This document shows, piece after piece, positions 14,904-24,194 of a stretch of 32,380 nt of DNA (within the stretch, counting starts at the first letter, position 1; every line of letters starts with the position of its first letter). This DNA comes from a virus, in the IMG/VR virus record IMGVR_UViG_3300027956_000006; one strand, written 5' to 3'. A program made the translations under genes and the position numbers. Below the pieces are notes generated by a model. The model saw only the letters and a program-made list of their open reading frames with translations, was not told the DNA's origin and ran no database searches.

Positions 14904-17561
14904 TTATGGTGTATTAATAATAAACCAAGGTGAATCAATTGATCTATTATTAAAATATAATGGTCCATTATTTCTAGTTGTATCTATTTTTGTATCAACT
15001 GTGCCACGATTATCTAATGCATAAATTGTTATATTTTGATCATAAGGCATAGAAAAATATGTTTCAATACGCTGTAATTGTACAGGAGCATTACCCCATT
15101 CAAAATGAGAACTATCTATCCAATATACACCAGTATTACGTACATCTCCCAATGTAACAACAATTAATGATTTAGATAAAGCAAAAGTTTCATTTGAAGT
15201 AGAAAATATAAATACTATGCCATTTGTTTTAGCTTTAAAAGTAATATTCCCTAATGTATATGTATTATCAGCTATTGATCCAATAATACCTTTAATTTGA
15301 TCAGCTTCAAATCTTAAAACTCCATCAGTATTGGTAAAACTCCAATTTGTCGCTTTTTGGAATATATATGCTCCTAATCCAGCTATAAGCATTTTTTGTG
15401 GATTAGGGGCAATATCAAAAAAAGAAGATAAATTACTAAAAGTTGCGTTATGGGAGAATGCAAAAATAAACATACCATTCCATTCATATTCTAATCCATA
15501 AATTGCCATCATTAAATTACCTTCATATGCATAATTATTTGGATAACAGTGTTGATATTCAGTTATTGTAAAAGGAAGAGTTTTTATTGTTTGTTGTACA
15601 TTGTTTACTGAGCCTACCATTCCTAATGTACTATGTGTTATCATACGCGTATTAGTTATGGTAAAATTATCACTATCCCAAGATATATTTGGGAATCTTG
15701 GATGGTCATGATAAGAATGTGCGTCATAAAAATCAGTATATCCATTATAATCTTCTTCGTCAGCATATGATTTTCCGCCGCCATTACATTGTATTAGAGC
15801 AGAACATCCAACAGTATTTTTAATATAATCACGCATTGTATTATAATAAGCACGTTCTGTATAATGCATAAATTCAGTAATATCTGCTTGATGTTGTGTA
15901 GTATAACTAGTTAAATATGCGTAATAAGGTCTATGAAAAGTAAAAGTAGTTTTATCTTTCTCAGTTATTTCAATAGGAAATCCATTGTATTCTTTAAGAA
16001 TAAAACTTCCTAATGTAACCGTACCAGTATTTTTTCCAACAAAAATTCTTGCCATCATAGTCCCTGCAAAAGTAGATTTGAAATATGTTTTATATTCTGT
16101 TGGAGTTGTAGTTATAGTTTTATTAATATTATAAGCTGGTTGATATTCTGGAGGACTAACAGCCTGTAAACTGACTTGAATAGTTCTTTCGGAAGAAGCA
16201 GATAACACTGTTGTTAATTCATATATTTTATCTGTACTGATAGTCAACCCCGTATTTCCATAATTTACATGCCAATCTGATGTACTAGCTGTGGTGATAG
16301 TTATTATACAAGAACCACTAGAATAAACTTTCGAAGCTACAGCTGGTAATACAACTCCCCAAGAATTACCTTGTACACTGTGGTCAAATATTTGTATACC
16401 TTCTGCTATTTCATTTAGTCCCCAAGCAGCAATAGTTGCTGCAGGAGTAATATATTTATTTTCTAGCCAGGTGTTCCATTGCAATGTTAATTCATTTAAA
16501 TAATATTCAGGATATCTAGTACTTGCATTACTATAAAGAGCTGGATCTAAATGCCCTGAGTTCCAATAATATTTTAAAAAACTATCTTCATTGACTATTT
16601 CGATTATGGCAAACATTGGGTCGTCTTTATACGCTAATCCAGTATATGGATTAATGTGTGATAAAACCTTATTAATATAATCTTTTTGTAATTCAATACA
16701 CCTAGTATCAAAATGAGTAATTGTTTTTAAAGGATTATGAACATCTAATGCACCTTCAAAATCTTGTGGTCCAATATATTCACATTTAATTGCGTCAGCA
16801 ATTACAATACCGTCTGCAACATCACTTAATACTACATTATTTGTTGTCCCAACACTCAAATAATAATCGCCTAAAGAGTTCCATACGCCACCATTAATAC
16901 GTTGGTTTTTTAATAAAATACCAGTCCCACTTGCGTGTGTAACTATAAATTTTGCGTTTGAAGTCCTATTATCATCTGCACTCCACATTGCATAAATACT
17001 ATAATTACCTTCTGTAATAATAGTTGGAGTAAATGTTGCTGTATATAATCCTGATCCAGATGATTTGTATTGATAATTACTACCATAATATCCTGCAGTA
17101 GTAGTACTACTTGTCCAACTACCAGTAAAAATACATGCAGCATCAAGATTATCAACAATAACATCAACAGCTATATCTTGATTAGTCCATTGTCTATAAC
17201 AATGTGTGCACAAGTAAGCATATATTCCTTTGCTCCGTAATTGTGCCATATAATAATCAAATAAATCCAATGCTGTCGTATCTAATGTTTGCGTTGTCCC
17301 ATCATTACTAAGAATACCACTTGGATAAAAATGATCTAAATGATGAATTCTAATAGCATTTATACCAAAAAATGATAAATAATCAGCATATAAAACAGCA
17401 TTTGTTTTTGATGGAACATTACCACTATATGCTAATCCTGCGCCAAAAATTTTAAAATTTTCGTTATTGCGTAAAAAGACACCTGCACCAGTAGTAATAG
17501 CTTCTATTGTTGTAGGTGTTGCAATTATTTTACCTATATTTGCAGGAGAATTATTATCCAT
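14904..17561 (-). CDS. clan GH-A (GH5-like) glycoside hydrolase with inserted Golvesin-like and CBM4/9-like domains
   Basis: GINAIRIHHLD, HINPYTGLAYKDDP, acid/base motif EIVNE, DAHSYHDHP, nucleophile motif TEYQH; TAATG overlap with the upstream gene. Confidence 0.78.
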   Translation of the reverse strand: MDNNSPANIGKIIATPTTIEAITTGAGVFLRNNENFKIFGAGLAYSGNVPSKTNAVLYADYLSFFGINAIRIHHLDHFYPSGILSNDGTTQTLDTTALDLFDYYMAQLRSKGIYAYLCTHCYRQWTNQDIAVDVIVDNLDAACIFTGSWTSSTTTAGYYGSNYQYKSSGSGLYTATFTPTIITEGNYSIYAMWSADDNRTSNAKFIVTHASGTGILLKNQRINGGVWNSLGDYYLSVGTTNNVVLSDVADGIVIADAIKCEYIGPQDFEGALDVHNPLKTITHFDTRCIELQKDYINKVLSHINPYTGLAYKDDPMFAIIEIVNEDSFLKYYWNSGHLDPALYSNASTRYPEYYLNELTLQWNTWLENKYITPAATIAAWGLNEIAEGIQIFDHSVQGNSWGVVLPAVASKVYSSGSCIITITTASTSDWHVNYGNTGLTISTDKIYELTTVLSASSERTIQVSLQAVSPPEYQPAYNINKTITTTPTEYKTYFKSTFAGTMMARIFVGKNTGTVTLGSFILKEYNGFPIEITEKDKTTFTFHRPYYAYLTSYTTQHQADITEFMHYTERAYYNTMRDYIKNTVGCSALIQCNGGGKSYADEEDYNGYTDFYDAHSYHDHPRFPNISWDSDNFTITNTRMITHSTLGMVGSVNNVQQTIKTLPFTITEYQHCYPNNYAYEGNLMMAIYGLEYEWNGMFIFAFSHNATFSNLSSFFDIAPNPQKMLIAGLGAYIFQKATNWSFTNTDGVLRFEADQIKGIIGSIADNTYTLGNITFKAKTNGIVFIFSTSNETFALSKSLIVVTLGDVRNTGVYWIDSSHFEWGNAPVQLQRIETYFSMPYDQNITIYALDNRGTVDTKIDTTRNNGPLYFNNRSIDSPWFIINTP

Positions 17562-20500
17562 TATGTTAAATCTAAAGAAAAATCATAATATTCAGTTACA
17601 ACTGATTCTTCAGAAACACTTATAGTGCTTACTTCATCAGTTGTATATTCTTGTAAAGTTAGCACTGTTTCTATTGTTTGTTTTATCCCAGACAATAAAT
17701 ATTCTTCTTGACATGTTTTGATATACCCAATAATATCTGTTTCTGTTCCAATAAGGGCTATTTTAACATATTCATTATTGTCAATATAATTTATAAATAA
17801 ATTTCTAATTTCATCAGTTAATAATATCGAAGGAAATCTAATTTTTAATTCTTTTTTATTATTTGTTGTTTCATTTGTAATATGTGCTAAATTACCCTCT
17901 AATAAGGTGTAAAAACTTTGTGTTTGTTCTTTAGATAATATAAGAGTATCTATACCACCAGGAGGAATATCTATTTGATATTCCCATAAACCAGTTACAG
18001 TATTATAAAGATAGACTAACCATCGTGCTATTGGTATTTCATATTCATATGCCCCAATATCATATGTACGACCTTGTGGACGTGATAATCCATTATAATC
18101 TGTTGTAACATCTACAATCGTACCTCTATCAATACATGGAGAATTTGTATATAAATTATATGTAACAGTTAATGCAGGATCACCAAAAATAGAGTTTAGA
18201 TCTTGTTGAGTAGCGGTTTGATAAGCTAGTAATGTGCTATAAGTTACTCCTTTATACAAAAAATTTAAAGCATATGCTTCGTTAGTTTCTGGGTCGCTCA
18301 AATTATAATAACAATTATAATCTGAATCAAAGTTAGTTAAATTACTATATGAATCAGCTAGAAAGTATAATGTTTCACCATTACCATAAGCAATATTGTT
18401 TTTTACTTCATAGTTGTTACCACCACTTTGTACAGAAAAAATAAACCCAGGAACAGTAGTATTTACACCACCAATCAGAGTATTATTGTAAAATTTAATA
18501 TTATCAGTAACTCCATGCGCTAGATCACCCTCTGTACCCATATTATATAAATTATTATAACAAATATTATTTTTCATTGTAACATTATAAACACCACTAT
18601 CACATACAATTCCAAATCTATCATTACCTTCGCAATAATTATTTTCTACTATAACATCATGACAATACCAACCAATATTTATACCATGACGGCAACCATT
18701 ATAAATTTTATTATTTTTAAAAGTTAAGCTGTAATTCGCCCCACCAGTAGAAGATATTTCAATACCTTCCCTAGAATTTCCAACATTATTAATAATATTA
18801 CCATCAAAGGTAATATTATAACATCCATAACTTTGGCCATATATTTGTAGTCCACCTATTTTATCGTCTCCAATAACTGTACAATTTTGTATATTAAAAT
18901 CATGGCAAATATCAGTTAAACCAATAGCAAGCGCTTGATTACCGGTAATATTATTAGCATCAAAAGTGCACCCTATTATGTCTATAAAACTATGTCTTCC
19001 ATAAAATTCTAAAGGATGGTTGCTTGTTAAAGCTCTAAAATGTAAGTTTTCAAATTTAAAATAATTTGCATCATGTTGTTGACTATGCCACCAATAGAAT
19101 TTTGGTAGATCACCAGAACTATAATCACTAAAAGTAATAATATTATTTGCTATGCCAAAAATGTTATATAGTTCCCATGTTTCATCCCAGATATCACCTC
19201 TTTTAAATAATAATTTATCGTTAGGATGCAGTGTTGCCGTACTGAGAAAACTTAAGGTTTGTAATGGATATATAGTATCTTTACCAGAATTAGTATCATT
19301 TCCAGAAGTTGAAATGTAAAAGGTATTAGCTTGATATGCTCCCATAGAATAATACCCAGGTATTCGTTCAATTCCTGCATAATCAGTTGTTATAGATATT
19401 ATATCAACCCCTACTATTCTAGCAGGTGAATTAATTGATAACCCATAATCAGAACATAATAAAGGGTTAGACGCCATAGAATTAGCATCTTGACCGGTTG
19501 TGGATTGATATAGAGCAAATTGGGCATAAGAATATTGGGTACTATAATAAAAGCTATCTCCCGCTATTGTTTTATAATAACAATTATAATCAAAGTTAAT
19601 ATTAGTATCTTGTGTAGTAGCTTTTCTTAGACAATATCCATCGACCACAGATATTATATTATTTTTAAAAGTTATGTCATGATTAATTGTTACTCCATCG
19701 CTGCCAACAAATAAACCATTACAAGTGGTTACTCCTGTAAAAGTGTTATTGTAGATATTAAAATACTTTGTTCCAGTTTGTAAATATGTTAAATATTCTG
19801 TGCAATCAGTAATAAGATTATTATAAAAATTAATTGTATATCCATCATTACCTGAACCATATGTCCATACCCCATTAGCACAATTATCAAAATGGTTATT
19901 ATAAATATTTGTATCATGTTGTATTGTGCCATTGATAAAAATACCATTCTTATATTTTAATGTTTGTCCTGACTCTCCAGAAGTAAAAGAAGTGCCCACA
20001 TTAGAAACAGAATTATTGTAGCAATCTCCACCACCAAAACCTATTCCCATCTCCCAACAATCATAGCCAATATTATCATGCATCGTGTAATAATCGCCAG
20101 CATTGACTAAAGTTTCCATGTTTAAGAGAATACATGAACTGTCATACGAGGTAACTCCATACATTTCTGAAAAAGGTGATTTCCAAAACTCTACATTTGC
20201 CGCCCATACTGTATGAAGCGTAGGTTCGCTTGTATAATATCTGCGACCACCACCACACTGTTTAGTAGTAAGATTCCTAACGATAATATGATGGCCCTGG
20301 CTTATCATTATTTGATAAACAAGGTAGTCACCATTGCCGTCTATCATTGTTGCGCCGCCAGTAGCAGAAGAATAAAGACCTGCTGTTTTCTGAAAAGTAA
20401 TGTTTTCTAAAATAATATAACAGTTATTATTTTTCGCTTGTGTACCACCGTTATGAGATAACCAAGCACTTACATTTCTTGCACCAACTTCTATTATATG

Positions 20501-22771
20501 AGTATTTGGATTAGTGTCATCCGTACAACGGATAAGAACTTTACTGTTTACTAAATCATATCCCCATTGTCCTGATGCGTTTATTGTTTCACTATTTTCA
20601 TAATCTCGATACGTCAATCTAACATCATCTTCCCATACTTGAGCAGTCTCATTCATAACCTTAGACCAGATATTACCACCTTCATCAGTCCAATCAGTAA
20701 CAATATCACTACCATCTATAATTGGTTCTGCTCCGGTGCCATAAGAAGTATAAGTTATAGGTGAATCTTCTGTTCCTGAATACCAACAATGCAATGTCTC
20801 TCTCCAAGTATCGCCACGATTGAAATAAACTATATCATTTGGAGCAAAAAAACTTGAACTGACTTGTGCTAATGTTGTAAAATCTTGTGTTCCATCATTT
20901 GATACATAAAATTTACCATTCCATTGATATGCCCCAATATCATACTCACCATTACGAGGTCTAATATTAGATTCATAATCTTCTGTAATATTAATTTCAG
21001 TCCCAGTATTAATACAAGATGAATTAGAAAAGAGTCTATATTTATCAGTTAACGAAGGAGTAGTAGATATAGAATGTTGATCTTGATTTGATATATTTTG
21101 CCAATTACCAAGCGTAGTATAATAAGTACTAGAAACTCTGGCTAATATAGAAACATTCCAACAATTATAATCTATATCAAATTCAGATATATCACTAGCG
21201 CTATTAAACCTTAGTCCAACTTCAGTTGTAGTATCAAAAATATTATTTTTTATAATATAATTAGATAACATTGTAGCTGTATTAGAATAAAGCATTAAAT
21301 GGCTACCATTTACACCATTCCATCTTTGATCATGGGCCCATCCACCACCTGCGTACCTACATGTATTATTAATATATTGAACATTATTTACTGTTGTTGT
21401 AATATCTCTTTCCCATATTTCTATAGAATACTCACAATTAGTAATAATATTATTCTGAAAAACAACATTATTAATTACATATGTACCTGATCCTTGAGTT
21501 GTAATACCAGCATCGTATACATTATCTATTCTACATTTTTCAATTAATAAATTAGAAGCATTACCATAGAATTCAATAGCATTGCCTAATCTAACAGTAT
21601 AATCACTATATTGATCAGCGCCCCCAATAAATGAAAAGTCACAACTTCTAATAATTGAACTATTAGCAACACCACTACCTATTCCATGTCTACCCCAATA
21701 TCTAAAGTCTAAATTTTCTATAATAACATAACTTTTATTACCAGAAACTCCATTATGATGAAGCGCTAATTCAACATCGGTATAATAACTTGCAGGATTA
21801 CTAATTGAATAAAGTAAAACACAATCATTGTCAAAATCATACCAAAAATCACCTTGTGCACTTAAATCATTAGAAGATTGTTTTTTTACCCCACAACTAT
21901 TTTCATTATTAAAAATAATATTACCAACATCTAAAGTTAATAAATTAGGGGCATTGCAATTATTAAATGATACCGTATCAAAATATAATATTGCACCATC
22001 TGGGATAATATTACCTAAATACCAAGTCAATCTTGCATCTGCAGCAGTTGTATCAGCTTGATAATAAATAGTAAATGTTTTCCAATCAGTAGTAATAGCA
22101 CAACTTTGTGAAGAAGAGGTCGAATAGTAATGTTCCCAAGGTGAACCTTCTTGCATTAAAGGTATACTTAAGATAGTAAAATCTATTGTCGTTTTTGCTT
22201 TAAATATTAGCTTATACCATTGTCCTGAAATAATACTAACAATATTTGTAGTAGATGTATATAATTGAATATCACTACTAGTAATACCATTATTTACACA
22301 AATAAGTTTATACCCTGCTATACCACTATCAAATTCACCTACTGTAGTAGTTCTTCCACTTCCAGTAGTATCTGCACCATTAGTTGTATTACGGTATAAC
22401 GACCATCCAGTAGTATCAACTTCAAATGATGTATTATTTAATAATTCGCTACCAATAATAGTTGCATTTACACCAGATGTTTGCCAAATATTATTACTAA
22501 AATCTCCCCAGTCAGATGAAGCATTAGCTTGCCAAGAGCCTAAAATTAAAGGTTTATTTCCTGTACCATAAGCTCCATATGTTACATAACCAGCAATAGA
22601 TCCATTGGAAGGGGTTAATGCTTCTCTCCAAGTATCCCCCCGTTTGAATAAAATGCTATCACTAGGGCTAAATGTAACAGAAGTAACTTTTTCAATTGTA
22701 GCCCAAGCATTAGCGTCTGAAAGACCATCTAAAATATCATTGCCACCATTTTTAATATAATATATAGCCAT
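17561..22771 (-). CDS. giant right-handed beta-helix (pectin-lyase-fold) protein, three modules plus CBM4/9-like insert, with C-terminal Dit-like domain
   Basis: Three modules each starting (Y/F)Y(I/V)..G.D..F(K/N)RGD.W and ending NNI..DYNC..(DI/SM)GAY; CBM-like ELLNNTSFE..YFDTVS; C-terminal ~130 aa align with the adjacent 148-aa ORF. Confidence 0.8.
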   Translation of the reverse strand: MAIYYIKNGGNDILDGLSDANAWATIEKVTSVTFSPSDSILFKRGDTWREALTPSNGSIAGYVTYGAYGTGNKPLILGSWQANASSDWGDFSNNIWQTSGVNATIIGSELLNNTSFEVDTTGWSLYRNTTNGADTTGSGRTTTVGEFDSGIAGYKLICVNNGITSSDIQLYTSTTNIVSIISGQWYKLIFKAKTTIDFTILSIPLMQEGSPWEHYYSTSSSQSCAITTDWKTFTIYYQADTTAADARLTWYLGNIIPDGAILYFDTVSFNNCNAPNLLTLDVGNIIFNNENSCGVKKQSSNDLSAQGDFWYDFDNDCVLLYSISNPASYYTDVELALHHNGVSGNKSYVIIENLDFRYWGRHGIGSGVANSSIIRSCDFSFIGGADQYSDYTVRLGNAIEFYGNASNLLIEKCRIDNVYDAGITTQGSGTYVINNVVFQNNIITNCEYSIEIWERDITTTVNNVQYINNTCRYAGGGWAHDQRWNGVNGSHLMLYSNTATMLSNYIIKNNIFDTTTEVGLRFNSASDISEFDIDYNCWNVSILARVSSTYYTTLGNWQNISNQDQHSISTTPSLTDKYRLFSNSSCINTGTEINITEDYESNIRPRNGEYDIGAYQWNGKFYVSNDGTQDFTTLAQVSSSFFAPNDIVYFNRGDTWRETLHCWYSGTEDSPITYTSYGTGAEPIIDGSDIVTDWTDEGGNIWSKVMNETAQVWEDDVRLTYRDYENSETINASGQWGYDLVNSKVLIRCTDDTNPNTHIIEVGARNVSAWLSHNGGTQAKNNNCYIILENITFQKTAGLYSSATGGATMIDGNGDYLVYQIMISQGHHIIVRNLTTKQCGGGRRYYTSEPTLHTVWAANVEFWKSPFSEMYGVTSYDSSCILLNMETLVNAGDYYTMHDNIGYDCWEMGIGFGGGDCYNNSVSNVGTSFTSGESGQTLKYKNGIFINGTIQHDTNIYNNHFDNCANGVWTYGSGNDGYTINFYNNLITDCTEYLTYLQTGTKYFNIYNNTFTGVTTCNGLFVGSDGVTINHDITFKNNIISVVDGYCLRKATTQDTNINFDYNCYYKTIAGDSFYYSTQYSYAQFALYQSTTGQDANSMASNPLLCSDYGLSINSPARIVGVDIISITTDYAGIERIPGYYSMGAYQANTFYISTSGNDTNSGKDTIYPLQTLSFLSTATLHPNDKLLFKRGDIWDETWELYNIFGIANNIITFSDYSSGDLPKFYWWHSQQHDANYFKFENLHFRALTSNHPLEFYGRHSFIDIIGCTFDANNITGNQALAIGLTDICHDFNIQNCTVIGDDKIGGLQIYGQSYGCYNITFDGNIINNVGNSREGIEISSTGGANYSLTFKNNKIYNGCRHGINIGWYCHDVIVENNYCEGNDRFGIVCDSGVYNVTMKNNICYNNLYNMGTEGDLAHGVTDNIKFYNNTLIGGVNTTVPGFIFSVQSGGNNYEVKNNIAYGNGETLYFLADSYSNLTNFDSDYNCYYNLSDPETNEAYALNFLYKGVTYSTLLAYQTATQQDLNSIFGDPALTVTYNLYTNSPCIDRGTIVDVTTDYNGLSRPQGRTYDIGAYEYEIPIARWLVYLYNTVTGLWEYQIDIPPGGIDTLILSKEQTQSFYTLLEGNLAHITNETTNNKKELKIRFPSILLTDEIRNLFINYIDNNEYVKIALIGTETDIIGYIKTCQEEYLLSGIKQTIETVLTLQEYTTDEVSTISVSEESVVTEYYDFSLDLT

Positions 22772-22773
22772 TT

Positions 22774-23220
22774 TTACACCAATGACCCATCTGCGTCAAC
22801 ATCAAATTCTTGCATTGTTATTTCAACAATATATTTTTGCGTTGTATCACCAGGTATCCATTGTTCGTTATATTTTAGTAAGTATCCTTCAAGCTTTTTT
22901 TCAGAATATAAATTTGCCCCACTATTAATAGGGACAGTAATTCTTACGCCCTGATTATTATCTATATAATCAGATAATTGAGTACGTACAGTATCGGTAA
23001 TGACTTGTTTTGGGAAAGTTAAAGTAATAGTTTGCCAATTCGCTTTATGCTCAGACGACATTAAAGATAATGATCCATCAGCTAATGTCATAAAGTTAAT
23101 GTTAGCTTGATTTGTACGTGTTAATGAATTTAAACCAGCTCTAGGAATTGATGTATCTCTTACCCATAAACTTGTCCCAGTATCAAAATGTTCAATTGAC
23201 CAATATTTTATTCTACTCAT
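22774..23220 (-). CDS. putative distal tail (Dit)-like protein
   Basis: 148 aa, first structural-looking gene after the tape measure; beta-strand pattern (TLADGS, ITLTFP, YIVEITMQE) like small Dit proteins. Confidence 0.6.
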   Translation of the reverse strand: MSRIKYWSIEHFDTGTSLWVRDTSIPRAGLNSLTRTNQANINFMTLADGSLSLMSSEHKANWQTITLTFPKQVITDTVRTQLSDYIDNNQGVRITVPINSGANLYSEKKLEGYLLKYNEQWIPGDTTQKYIVEITMQEFDVDADGSLV

Positions 23221-23239
23221 GATTTTTTATAATTTAAAA

Positions 23240-23261
23240 TAAATTTGGTATAGAGATGCCA
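23240..23261. repeat. left arm of perfect 22-bp inverted repeat
   Basis: TAAATTTGGTATAGAGATGCCA, the exact reverse complement of 23822-23843. Confidence 0.95.
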
Positions 23262-23267
23262 TTATTA

Positions 23268-23801
23268 TTATAAATATTTTATACTACCATCATTAAGTTT
23301 ATATGTTCCACCTGTATACATATGTACCATAGAATTATTAGTAGTTAATTGTATATTTTCAGGTAATGTTGACGCTGCTGTTAAAACAGCATTAGTCGCT
23401 GTTGTTGTATAAGTTATTTGCAGATTATCAGCTGCTGTACACCACCAAGGTGGAACATATGGTGTATATTGTGGTTTAATTTCTATTTCCCAAGGGATAT
23501 ACCAAGGAACAGAAACTTGTTTTTCTATTATTTTTTCTTTAATAATAATAATAGATGCTTCTTTTGCTTTCGGATCGATATCCTGACGTTCTTTAATGCG
23601 ATCTATACGGCCATCTTTCATGTCCTCTAAATCGCGTTTTAATATTCTAATTTCTTCATCTAATTTTTGTCTTTGTTCTTCTTTTTGCTTTAATATTTCC
23701 AATGTTGTTTTTACTATAATTTTAATGCGTTTTATCTCTTCTTCCTTCATTTCATTTTCTGCTAACTTTACCCCTTCTTTTACTATTTCTTTTTGCGTCA
23801 T
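23268..23801 (-). CDS. hypothetical protein (N-terminal coiled coil, Pro/Trp-rich middle) enclosed by the inverted repeat
   Basis: 177-aa ORF with AAAGGGG RBS. Confidence 0.75.
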   Translation of the reverse strand: MTQKEIVKEGVKLAENEMKEEEIKRIKIIVKTTLEILKQKEEQRQKLDEEIRILKRDLEDMKDGRIDRIKERQDIDPKAKEASIIIIKEKIIEKQVSVPWYIPWEIEIKPQYTPYVPPWWCTAADNLQITYTTTATNAVLTAASTLPENIQLTTNNSMVHMYTGGTYKLNDGSIKYL

Positions 23802-23821
23802 GTATTTCCCCTTTCTATTCT

Positions 23822-23843
23822 TGGCATCTCTATACCAAATTTA
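23822..23843. repeat. right arm of perfect 22-bp inverted repeat
   Basis: TGGCATCTCTATACCAAATTTA. Confidence 0.95.
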
Positions 23844-23858
23844 AATATATTATAACCT

Positions 23859-24134
23859 TTATACAATTAAATCTTCTTTAGTTGTGCAATAAATAATACT
23901 TTTCAAATCTTGGATTGCATGGATAAAAGGATTTACTTGAACACTTCCATCATTATAAAAATCCTTTGCTAATTGGACACAATCTGATTGATCATCAAAA
24001 ATAAATGTTACCCTTTTACCATCACGACTAATATTAATTAATTTAATATTTTTACTTTTTAAATATGCTGCTAAATAGAAATCACTTACTGGGTATCCTT
24101 TTGTTTTTTCATCTTTTTTTAAATTAAACATCAT
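23859..24134 (-). CDS. DUF5659-like small protein
   Basis: SDFYLAAYL..R.G.RV.FIF..V.P.F..AI..LK..IY pattern recalled for DUF5659; AAGGAG RBS. Confidence 0.65.
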   Translation of the reverse strand: MMFNLKKDEKTKGYPVSDFYLAAYLKSKNIKLINISRDGKRVTFIFDDQSDCVQLAKDFYNDGSVQVNPFIHAIQDLKSIIYCTTKEDLIV

Positions 24135-24149
24135 ATCTCCTTTTTCATA

Positions 24150-24191
24150 ATAATCATATTTTGATTATATGTAATCATATTTTGATTATAT
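24150..24191. promoter_or_regulatory. tandem palindromic repeat (putative double operator) upstream of the DUF5659-like gene
   Basis: TAATCATATTTTGATTATAT twice (24151, 24172; 21-bp period); each copy is TAATCA-N5-TGATTA. Confidence 0.6.
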
Positions 24192-24194
24192 TTA

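Noticed and set aside
6068-22771. Diversity-generating retroelement or shufflon acting on tail fibres
   Set aside because: No reverse transcriptase or invertase, and no TR/VR pair differing at adenines was seen. Short shared DNA words such as GCCCCAATATCATA at 18051 and 20931 just encode conserved DIGAY motifs.
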